From: Halothiobacillus sp. | GTDB taxonomy: Bacteria > Pseudomonadota > Gammaproteobacteria > JAAZVP01 | Reading direction: 5' to 3' | NCBI GenBank assembly: GCA_018623495.1 | Contig: JAAZVP010000001.1 | Span: forward strand, 55,991-119,990 | DNA length: 64,000 bases | Shown: piece by piece, positions 9,153-16,701 of the stretch | Numbering within the stretch: position 1 is the stretch's first letter | Layout: every line of letters begins with the position of its first letter | The notes under the pieces: model-generated | What the model saw: the letters and a program-made list of their open reading frames with translations, nothing else | What the model was told of the DNA's origin: nothing | Database searches by the model: none | Program-made: the position numbers and the translations under genes

Positions 9153-12100
9153 ATGATGCCCGCCGAACACCCCGATCCCGCGCCGGCGACAGGTGCCCGC
9201 GTGCGACCCGTGCACACCCGGGTCCCCGGGCGGGCACGTATCGAGGTCGCCGGGTTGCGACGCGATCCGGCCCGCTGCCGGCGCCTCGAGCGCCGGCTGG
9301 AGCAATGGGCCATCGTCCGCGCGGTGCGCGCCAATCCGCTCACCGGGCGGATCCTGGTGCACTTCGATCCGGACCAGCCTCTCGACGCGGTGACCGCGGC
9401 GGTGGGATGGGTCGCCGGGGAACTGGGTCTGCCCGGCGGGGCCGGTCCCGAGCCGTGGCATCCCGGGCCCGCCGACCCGTCGGGGGCGTCGGGCGGGGAG
9501 GGGGAGGTGCCCGTCGCCGAGCCCTGGCATGGTCGCACGCTGGCCGAGGTCCGCGAGGCACTCGGTCCGGGCAGCGCCGAGGGCCTGGACCATGCCGAGG
9601 CCATGGCCCGGCTGACCCGCTTCGGTCCCAACCGCCTGGAGGCGGTCCGTCAGCGCTCGCACCTGGCGATCCTGGGCGAGCAGTTCACCACCCTGCCGGT
9701 CGCCATGCTGGGGGCCTCCGCGGTGATTTCCCTGGCCACGGGCGGCATCGTGGACGCCGTGGTGATCCTCGGCGTGGTCCTGATCAACGCCGCCATCGGT
9801 TTTGTCACCGAGCGCCAGGCGGAACGTACCATCCGGGGTCTCGGCCGGGTGCCGCCGCGCCCGGTGCGGTTGCGGCGCGAAGGGGTCGTCCAGGAGATCC
9901 CGGCCGCGGAGGTGGTCCCCGGCGATCTCGTGCTGCTGGCACCGGGGACCCACGTCCCCGCCGACATGCGCCTGTTGGAGAGCAAGCGCCTGAGCGTCGA
10001 CGAGTCGCCGCTGACCGGCGAGAGCCTGCCGTCGGAGAAGACGGCGGACGCCGTTCTCGATGCCGAGACGCCGCTGGCCGAGCGCCGCAACATGGTCTAC
10101 ATGGGCACGGTGGTCACCGGCGGCAGCGGGCTCGGCCTGGTCACCGGGACCGGCGCCGACACCGAGATCGGTGCCATCCAGTCGCTGGTGGCCGGGGCGC
10201 GTCCCCCCGAGACGCCCATGCAGCGACAGCTCGAGGGGCTCGGCACCCGGCTGGGGGTGTTGAGCGGGGCGGTCTGTGCCGGCGTCTTCGTCATCGGCCT
10301 GCTGCGCGGCCAGGGCCTGTTCGCCATGCTCAAGAGCTCGGTGTCCCTGGCGGTGGCCGCGGTCCCCGAGGGCCTGCCCGCGGTGGCCACCACCACCCTC
10401 GCGCTGGGCATCCAGAACATGCGCAAGCACCGGGTGGCGATCCGCCGGCTGGACGCGGTCGAGACCCTGGGTTCGGTGCAGGTCTTCTGCATGGACAAGA
10501 CCGGCACCCTGACCCTCAACCGCATGACGGCGGTGGCGATCCACACCGACGCGCGGCTGCGGGTCGCCGATGGCGAGATCCGGTCGGGCGACCGGCCCGT
10601 GGAGGTGGCCGGGGCGCCGGCGGTGCAGGGCCTGTTGGAGGTGGTCAGCCTGTGTTCCGAGACCGAGCTGGAAGGCCCCGAGGACGCGCCGGTACTGGCC
10701 GGTTCGCCGACCGAGAACGCCATGGTCCGGCTGGCGCTCGAGGCCGGTATCGACGTGCGCGCGTTGCGCCGTGACCGGCCCCGGCGGAAGGTGGTCTACC
10801 GGGCCGAAGGCCGGCCCTACATGCGCACCGTGCACGAGTTGCCCGATGGCGGGCTGCTGGCGGCGGTCAAGGGGAGCCCGGCGGAGGTGCTGGAGATGTG
10901 CGCCACGGAGCTGGTCGACGGCGAGATTCGCGAGCTGGACGCGTCGCGCCGCGACGCCATCCTGCAGGAGAACGAGGCCATGGCGGGCGACGCGCTGCGG
11001 GTGCTGGGCGCCGCCCGCGGGGTGGTGACCGGGGTGGAGGATTCCGGGCGCGGGCAGCTGACGTGGCTGGGCATGGTGGGCATGGCCGACCCGCTGCGCA
11101 CCGGGATGGCCGACCTGGTCGCCGTCTACCACCGCGCGGGGGTCGACACGGTGATGATCACCGGCGACCAGAGCTCGACCGCCTATTCCATCGGCAGCCA
11201 GCTCGGGCTCTCCCGGGACCGTGCCCTGAGGATCATGGACTCCACCCACCTGGAGAAGGTGGAGCCCGAGCTGCTGGCGGGGCTGGTTCGCGACGTGCAC
11301 GTCTTCTCCCGGGTGAGCCCGGCCCACAAGCTCGAGATCGTGCGGGCCTTCCAGGAATCCGGCAGGGTGGTGGCGATGACCGGTGACGGGGTCAACGACG
11401 GCCCGGCCCTCAAGGCCGCCGACATCGGGGTGGCCATGGGGCAGGGCGGGACCGACGTGGCCCGGGAGATGGCCGACGTGGTCCTCGAGGACGACAACCT
11501 GCAGACCATGACCGTGGCCATCCGCCAGGGCCGGGCGATCTACGACAACATCCGCAAGACCATCCACTTCCTGCTGTCCACCAACTTCAGCGAGATCGAG
11601 CTGATGGCGGCCAGCCTGGCGCTGGGCCTGGGCCAGCCCCTCAACCCCATGCAGCTGCTGTGGATCAACCTGATCACCGACATCTTCCCCGGGCTCGCCC
11701 TGTCCATGGAGCCGGCCGAGCCCGCCATCATGGAGCGCGAGCCGCGCGACCTGGACGAGCCCATCATCCGCGGGCGCGACCTGGGGCGGATGGGGCTGGA
11801 GTCGGTGTGGATCACCGGCGGGGCGCTGGCCACCTACGTCTACGCCCTGCGACGCTACGGCCCGGGACCGCGGGCCACCACGCACGCCTTCACCACCATC
11901 ACGCTGGCCCAATTGCTGCACGCCGTGAGCTGCCGGTCGACCCGCCACAGCGTGTTCAGCCGCGAGCGGCTGCCGGCCAACCGGGCCCTGCGCTGGGCGC
12001 TGGGCGGGTCGCTGGCGGTCCAGGGGGCGGCCATCGCCGTCCCGCCCCTGCGGCGCCTGCTGGGCAACACCCCCCTGGGACCGGTGGACCTGGGGGTGGT

Positions 12101-12215
12101 GGCCGCGGGCACCCTGCTGCCCTTCGTGGTCAACGAGGCCGGCAAGCACGTCCGCTCCCGGCGCGGGGGGACGCTGCCGGCACTGGCGCAACCGGAAAAG
12201 GAGACCCAGGGATGA
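9153..12215 (+). CDS. P2-type (Ca2+/Na+/Mg2+-class, non-heavy-metal) cation-transporting P-type ATPase with an N-terminal degenerate HMA-like extension
   Basis: 1020 aa from the Met after a GGAAGG ribosome-binding site. The upstream part of the 1207-aa ORF overlaps ycjF in another frame and is rejected. Cation_ATPase_N motif MARLTRFGPNRLE. TGES motif. TM4 PEGLP (not the CPC of heavy-metal pumps). Phosphorylation site DKTGTLT. Hinge MTGDGVNDGPALKAADIGVAMG. The N-terminal ~100 aa carry the same PGRxRxxV...RLERxL...ANPxTGxxLV domain as the two downstream small proteins. Confidence 0.9.
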   Translation: MMPAEHPDPAPATGARVRPVHTRVPGRARIEVAGLRRDPARCRRLERRLEQWAIVRAVRANPLTGRILVHFDPDQPLDAVTAAVGWVAGELGLPGGAGPEPWHPGPADPSGASGGEGEVPVAEPWHGRTLAEVREALGPGSAEGLDHAEAMARLTRFGPNRLEAVRQRSHLAILGEQFTTLPVAMLGASAVISLATGGIVDAVVILGVVLINAAIGFVTERQAERTIRGLGRVPPRPVRLRREGVVQEIPAAEVVPGDLVLLAPGTHVPADMRLLESKRLSVDESPLTGESLPSEKTADAVLDAETPLAERRNMVYMGTVVTGGSGLGLVTGTGADTEIGAIQSLVAGARPPETPMQRQLEGLGTRLGVLSGAVCAGVFVIGLLRGQGLFAMLKSSVSLAVAAVPEGLPAVATTTLALGIQNMRKHRVAIRRLDAVETLGSVQVFCMDKTGTLTLNRMTAVAIHTDARLRVADGEIRSGDRPVEVAGAPAVQGLLEVVSLCSETELEGPEDAPVLAGSPTENAMVRLALEAGIDVRALRRDRPRRKVVYRAEGRPYMRTVHELPDGGLLAAVKGSPAEVLEMCATELVDGEIRELDASRRDAILQENEAMAGDALRVLGAARGVVTGVEDSGRGQLTWLGMVGMADPLRTGMADLVAVYHRAGVDTVMITGDQSSTAYSIGSQLGLSRDRALRIMDSTHLEKVEPELLAGLVRDVHVFSRVSPAHKLEIVRAFQESGRVVAMTGDGVNDGPALKAADIGVAMGQGGTDVAREMADVVLEDDNLQTMTVAIRQGRAIYDNIRKTIHFLLSTNFSEIELMAASLALGLGQPLNPMQLLWINLITDIFPGLALSMEPAEPAIMEREPRDLDEPIIRGRDLGRMGLESVWITGGALATYVYALRRYGPGPRATTHAFTTITLAQLLHAVSCRSTRHSVFSRERLPANRALRWALGGSLAVQGAAIAVPPLRRLLGNTPLGPVDLGVVAAGTLLPFVVNEAGKHVRSRRGGTLPALAQPEKETQG

Positions 12216-13399
12216 CCTGCGACTTCGTCTTCACGTCCGATTCGGTGACCGAAGGCCACCCGGACAAGCTCTGCGACCAGATCTCCGATGCCATCATCGA
12301 CGCCTACCTGAGCCGTGATCGCGAGGCCGAGGTGATCGCCGAGTCGGCCGTGGCCAACGGGGTGGTCTTCATCTCCAACCGCTTCGTGTCCTCGGCCCGC
12401 GTGGACGTGGCGGAGGTGGCGCGCCGGGTGATCGCGGACGCCGGCTACGCCGATCGCGACGGCTTCAACGCCGAGGAATGCACCATCCTCACCAGCAGCC
12501 AGGACCTGGCCGCGGCCCGGGGGCCCCGGCCGGTCGCCCCGGCGCCGGAGGCGCTGGAGCGGATCGTCGCCGGCAACCAGGTCAACAGCTTCGGCTTTGC
12601 CTGTCGCCAGAGCGAGACCCTGATGCCCCTGCCGATCCACCTTGCCCACGGGTTGTGTCGGGGCATGGACGAGGCGCGGCGGGGCGGTGCGCTGGACTAC
12701 CTGCGCTCGGACGGCCAGGTCCAGGTGGGCATCGAGTACGCCGACGGTCGGCCCCGCCGTATCAGCGGCATCACCGTCCTGGCCAGCCATGCCGAGGGCC
12801 GTGCCGTCGGCAACGACCGCATGCGCGACGACCTCTTCGAGGCGGTGATCGAACCGGTGCTGGCGGACGCCGGTATCGCCTTCGACCGGCGCTCGTTCTT
12901 CCACCTCAATCCCTTCGGCCCCATCGCCGGCGGTGGCCCCGACCTCCATTCCGGCCTGACCGGGCGCAAGAACGGCATCGACAACTACGGCGAGTATTCC
13001 CGTCACGGCGGGGCCGCGCTGAGCGGCAAGGATCCGCTGCGCATCGACCGGGTGGGCAGCTACATGGCCCGCTATGCCGCCAAGAACGTGGTGGCCGCCG
13101 GCCTCGCGGAGCAGTGCGAGGTGCACCTGGGTTACGGCATCGGGCAGGCCGGACCGGTGAGCGTGCGCGTCCAGACCTTCGGGACCGGCGAGCTGGCGGA
13201 AGAGGCGATCAAGGGGCGCCTGACGGAGGCCTTCGACTTTCGTCTCGGCGCCATCATCCACGACCTGCGCCTGCGCGAGTGGCCCGCCCACCAGGCGGGG
13301 CGCGGCTTCCGCCAGCTGGCGACCTACGGCCACATGGGCCGCGAGGACCTGCGCCTGCCCTGGGAACGTACCGACCGGGTGGACGCCCTGCGCGGCTGA
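12212..13399 (+). CDS. Divergent S-adenosylmethionine synthetase (MetK-family) paralogue
   Basis: ATGA overlap with the ATPase stop. Collinear with MetK over its full length (FTSDSVTEGHPDKLCDQISDAIIDAYL...GLTGRK...GGAALSGKDPLRIDRVGSYMARYAAKNVVAAGLAEQCEV...TFGT). Canonical motifs are altered: GAGDQG to AGNQVN, GGGAFSGKD to GGAALSGKD, DTYGG to DNYGE. Confidence 0.8.
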   Translation: MTCDFVFTSDSVTEGHPDKLCDQISDAIIDAYLSRDREAEVIAESAVANGVVFISNRFVSSARVDVAEVARRVIADAGYADRDGFNAEECTILTSSQDLAAARGPRPVAPAPEALERIVAGNQVNSFGFACRQSETLMPLPIHLAHGLCRGMDEARRGGALDYLRSDGQVQVGIEYADGRPRRISGITVLASHAEGRAVGNDRMRDDLFEAVIEPVLADAGIAFDRRSFFHLNPFGPIAGGGPDLHSGLTGRKNGIDNYGEYSRHGGAALSGKDPLRIDRVGSYMARYAAKNVVAAGLAEQCEVHLGYGIGQAGPVSVRVQTFGTGELAEEAIKGRLTEAFDFRLGAIIHDLRLREWPAHQAGRGFRQLATYGHMGREDLRLPWERTDRVDALRG

Positions 13400-13474
13400 G
13401 CCGAGCGCCGTCGGGGCGGGCGGTTCCGGGAGGCGGGTCGCGCCGGCTGCCGGCCGGGCCCGGACCCGGCGGGT

Positions 13475-13954
13475 TCAGCGCCGGCGGTCGAGCAGGAGTT
13501 CCAGCGCGTACCACACCAGCGAGATGCCGGGGGCCATTACCCGGCCCTTGGCGATCTGGCGGATGCCGGCCAGCAAGAGGGCCAGGAACAACAGGCTGCG
13601 GATGTCCGCCGCCCCGCGGCTGGCCCGGAACAGGCGGGCGTCGACCGCCTCCAGGAGTTGCCCGGGGATGGCCAGCAACTGCGCCTCGTCGATGACCGGC
13701 TCCGGGCCCAGCTCGAACAGCCCCGTCTCCCGGCCGCGGGCCTCCAGGGCGTCCATCACCTCGCCCCGGTGGCAGACGAGGACGCTGCCCGTGCGCGGGT
13801 TGGCCTCCAGGCGCGTCACTCCCTCGATTCCCGCCAGGCCGCGTTCCAGGCGCGCGAAATAGGTCGCGTCGCCCCTCGACCCGGGGATCCGGATGCGGAT
13901 GCGGCCGGGCGCCCGGTGGCTGACGAAGGCGCGGGGCAGGGGTTCAGCGGTCAT
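13475..13954 (-). CDS. Degenerate (cysteine-less) HMA-like domain protein with a C-terminal TM anchor
   Basis: 159 aa. The N-terminal domain HRAPGRIRIRIPGSRGDATYFARLERGLAGIEGVTRLEANPRTGSVLVCH is homologous to the ATPase N-terminus and to the 14319..14624 gene. A C-terminal hydrophobic segment (IRSLLFLALLLAGIRQI) and an amphipathic tail (LVWYALELLL) are present. Confidence 0.6.
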   Translation of the reverse strand: MTAEPLPRAFVSHRAPGRIRIRIPGSRGDATYFARLERGLAGIEGVTRLEANPRTGSVLVCHRGEVMDALEARGRETGLFELGPEPVIDEAQLLAIPGQLLEAVDARLFRASRGAADIRSLLFLALLLAGIRQIAKGRVMAPGISLVWYALELLLDRRR

Positions 13955-14270
13955 CCGGCCTGCCGGTGGTGTCCGTTTCCGGGGCGGCGGGCTCGTCCGC
14001 CGCGGGCTCGGCGGCCTCGGGCCGGTGGGCGGACTCGTCGATTTCGGCGCGTGCCTCGGCGACGAGGTCCTCGAACACCTCGCCCATCTCGGCCACGGTC
14101 TCCTGGCCCTTGTCGTAGAGCACCAGGCCGGCCTTGATGGCGGCCCGCGCCGCGGGCCGGCCGTAGGTGGAGGCGGCCGCCAGTGCCAGCGGCGCCGCGG
14201 CCGCCACCCCGAGGCCGATCACCACGCCCCGGGTGGTGCCGCTCTTGAGAATGTCGTCGATCTTGGCCAT
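13944..14270 (-). CDS. Small membrane-associated protein (DUF5132-like: N-terminal hydrophobic/amphipathic segment, acidic proline-rich tail)
   Basis: 108 aa: MAKIDDILKSGTTRGVVIGLGVAAAAPLALAAA...AIKAGLVLYDKGQETVAEMGEVFEDLVAEARAEI followed by an acidic E/P/A-rich tail. Overlaps the downstream gene by 11 nt. Confidence 0.5.
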   Translation of the reverse strand: MAKIDDILKSGTTRGVVIGLGVAAAAPLALAAASTYGRPAARAAIKAGLVLYDKGQETVAEMGEVFEDLVAEARAEIDESAHRPEAAEPAADEPAAPETDTTGRPDDR

Positions 14271-14318
14271 GAATGGGTTTCCCGGAGGTCTGCGTCCGTC
14301 GCCACGGGGCCCGGCGGG

Positions 14319-14624
14319 TCAGCCCCTGGTGTGTTTGAGGGCCCGCTCCCGCCAGGGCCCGATGTCGAGATCGGGGAAGAGCGAGCCCAGGGTGTCGAAC
14401 ATCTCGTCGACGGCTTCGCGGTCTTTCAGTGCCCCGAGCCTGTACTTGAGCAGCACCTTGCCGTCGTCGGGTTTCACGGTGACGTCCTTGACGCCCCGGA
14501 CCGCGCCGATCTCGCGTTCGACGCGAGCGGCGAAATCCGGGTCGTCCTTCACCCGGTCGACGCGCAGGTGCAGGCGGCCGGGGAAGAAGGAGAGGACCTT
14601 GACGCCGTCGATATCCAGGTTCAT
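14319..14624 (-). CDS. Stand-alone degenerate HMA-like domain protein
   Basis: 101 aa taken from the internal Met of a 306-aa antisense-extended ORF. VLSFFPGRLHLRVDRVKDDPDFAARVEREIGAVRGVKDVTVKPDDGKVLLKY matches the domain in the ATPase N-terminus and in the 13475..13954 gene. Confidence 0.55.
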   Translation of the reverse strand: MNLDIDGVKVLSFFPGRLHLRVDRVKDDPDFAARVEREIGAVRGVKDVTVKPDDGKVLLKYRLGALKDREAVDEMFDTLGSLFPDLDIGPWRERALKHTRG

Positions 14625-14850
14625 CGGTGCCCGTCTTTCCGTTCGGTTGCGAGGATGGGTCTGCGGGACCGGTCGCCGGCGGACATGCCTCCCGACCCCG
14701 TCGTCTACGATCATTCTAGCAGCTGCCCGCCGCCAACAGCCGGACGGATGGGGTCCCTCGCGGGGCCGGTTTCGCCGGTGGCGTGGTGTAAGCTGGGAGA
14801 AGGGCGGCACGACCCCGATGCCCGCGTCCGAAAGAGGAGGAAACCGGCCG

Positions 14851-15669
14851 ATGAGTGTCCCGGAAACGACCTTGCCCGTCCCCGGCGCGATCGCACCCGT
14901 CGACATGGAGGATCTCGCGCGCGCCCACCATTTCCTCGAGCATCCCAGCCTGGCCGCGCGGATCACCAACGTCGTGGGCACGCCGGTGGAGGCCTCCATC
15001 CGGCTCCTGCCGGAGGCCTGGTACGACCGCCTCCAGCGCCTGGCGGAATCCAGCGTGGACCGTGCGCTGGCCACCGCGGTCGCCAGCCTGGGCCGGCGCG
15101 CCGAGGGGCCCCCGCGCAACGGCGTGCACAAGACCCTGGGCATGGTCTCGGGCGCGGCCGGCGGGATGTTCGGGCTGGCCTCCTGGGCACTGGAGGTCCC
15201 CTTGATCACCACCATCGTGCTGCGTTCCATCGCCGACATCGCCCACAGCCAGGGCGAGGACCTCGCCGACCCCGAGGCGCAGGTGGCCTGCGTCCAGGTC
15301 TTCGCCTTCGGCGCCCGTTCGCACGCCGACGATGCCGCCGAGACCGGCTACTACGGGGTTCGGCTGGCGCTGGCGCTGAGCGTGCAGCACGCCGTGCACC
15401 ACATCGCCCGTCATGGACTCAAGGGCGAGGCAGCGCCGGTGCTGGTGTCGCTGATCCAGGCCATTTCCGCGCGCTTCGGCGTGGTCCTGTCGCAGAAGGC
15501 GGCGATGCAGACGGTGCCTCTCATCGGTGCCCTGGGCGGGGTCACCATCAACACCATCTTCATGCAGCACTTCCAGGACACGGCCTGGGGGCATTTCACC
15601 GTTCGCCGCCTGGAGCGCAAGTACGGCGAGGCCGTCGTCCGCGGGGCCTACACGGCCCTCGGCCGCTAG
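14851..15669 (+). CDS. EcsC-family protein
   Basis: 272 aa with an AAGAGGAGG ribosome-binding site. Matches the EcsC family (PF12787) along its length (LARAHHFLEHPSLAARITNVVG...LEVPLITTIVLRSIADIAHSQGEDL...HGLKGEAAP...VPLIGALGGVTINTIFM). Confidence 0.7.
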   Translation: MSVPETTLPVPGAIAPVDMEDLARAHHFLEHPSLAARITNVVGTPVEASIRLLPEAWYDRLQRLAESSVDRALATAVASLGRRAEGPPRNGVHKTLGMVSGAAGGMFGLASWALEVPLITTIVLRSIADIAHSQGEDLADPEAQVACVQVFAFGARSHADDAAETGYYGVRLALALSVQHAVHHIARHGLKGEAAPVLVSLIQAISARFGVVLSQKAAMQTVPLIGALGGVTINTIFMQHFQDTAWGHFTVRRLERKYGEAVVRGAYTALGR

Positions 15670-15938
15670 GCGCGGAAGCCGGTGTCGAGGTCCTGCTCGG
15701 CGGCCAGCCAGTCGTTCTCGGGTGAACCGTCGCCTGGTTGGCGCTCGAGCGACCGGAAGTAGGCCGCCTCGCGGATCCGTGCGTCGCGTTCGCCCTGGAT
15801 CCGCTGGACGTGTGCCGCCAGCTGCTCGACCGAGTCGCCGAGACCCGTGTCGCCGGCATTCGCTTCGAGCCGGTCGACGCGCTCGGCGAGCCGGTCGATT
15901 TCCTCTTTGAGGACCTTCATCGTCAGTCGTTGCGCCAT
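15666..15938 (-). CDS. DUF2934-like small coiled-coil protein
   Basis: 90 aa with an AGGAGG ribosome-binding site. N-terminal coiled coil. C-terminal motif RIREAAYFRSLERQPGDGSPENDWLAAEQDL. Its stop shares CTAG with the ecsC stop (convergent). Confidence 0.55.
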   Translation of the reverse strand: MAQRLTMKVLKEEIDRLAERVDRLEANAGDTGLGDSVEQLAAHVQRIQGERDARIREAAYFRSLERQPGDGSPENDWLAAEQDLDTGFRA

Positions 15939-16174
15939 CTTTTCCTCCTGTACCGGGAAACCCCGGCCGATTCGGTCGGTGACCCTTCCCGGAGCCGCCC
16001 GGGCGACCCGCCCGAACGCGGTGCTCCAGGATCACTCTATAGCAATAACAGCGGATTATGACGTTACGGTCACGCGCTCGCGGGGTCTGCATCGGGGCCG
16101 GCAGACGGTATCATCCGGGGTCCGGCGCCGCTTCCCGGCGCTCCGTCCCACAGCCAACGAGGTATCAGCGATCC

Positions 16175-16660
16175 ATGAAGCCAGTCAGCGTGCTGTTCAT
16201 CTGCCTGGGCAACATCTGCCGTTCGCCCACCGCCGAGGCCGTGTTCACCAAGCTGGTGGACGAGGCCGGGTTCGGTGAAGCCATCCGCATCGACTCGGCG
16301 GGGACCGCCGGCTTCCACGTCGGCGCCCGGCCGGACGATCGCGCCCGGGAGACCGCCCGGAGTCGCGGGATCGCGATGGATCACCTGCGTGCCCGGCAGT
16401 TCATCCCGGAGGATGCCGAGGCCTTCGATTACCTGCTGACCATGGACCGCTCCAACTACGAGCAGGTGATGGCCCAGTGCCCACCGGCGATGCAGGAGCG
16501 GGTCCACATGTTCCTCGACTTCGCCCCCGAGGTGGCCGAGACCGAGGTGCCCGATCCCTATTATGGCGGGCCCGAGGGTTTCGAGAACGTCTTCGACATG
16601 GTCGAGGCCGCCTCGCGCGGGCTGCTCGACGACATCCGCTCCCGCCACGGGCTGGGTTAG
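16175..16660 (+). CDS. Low-molecular-weight protein-tyrosine phosphatase
   Basis: 161 aa. P-loop CLGNICRSP (CX5R). Conserved DSAG and DPYYGG motifs. Confidence 0.85.
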   Translation: MKPVSVLFICLGNICRSPTAEAVFTKLVDEAGFGEAIRIDSAGTAGFHVGARPDDRARETARSRGIAMDHLRARQFIPEDAEAFDYLLTMDRSNYEQVMAQCPPAMQERVHMFLDFAPEVAETEVPDPYYGGPEGFENVFDMVEAASRGLLDDIRSRHGLG

Positions 16661-16701
16661 CCTCCCTCCGTCGCCACGGGTTGGGTTAGCCTCCCTCCGT
16701 C
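16644..16701. repeat. 29-bp imperfect tandem duplication (2 copies) spanning the phosphatase stop codon
   Basis: CCACGGGCTGGGTTAGCCTCCCTCCGTCG / CCACGGGTTGGGTTAGCCTCCCTCCGTCC, 27 of 29 identical. The TAG stop lies inside copy 1. Confidence 0.7.

Noticed and set aside
16644-16701. Possible CRISPR or minisatellite at the tandem 29-mer.
   Set aside because: There are only two adjacent copies with no intervening unique spacers and no cas genes anywhere in the window.
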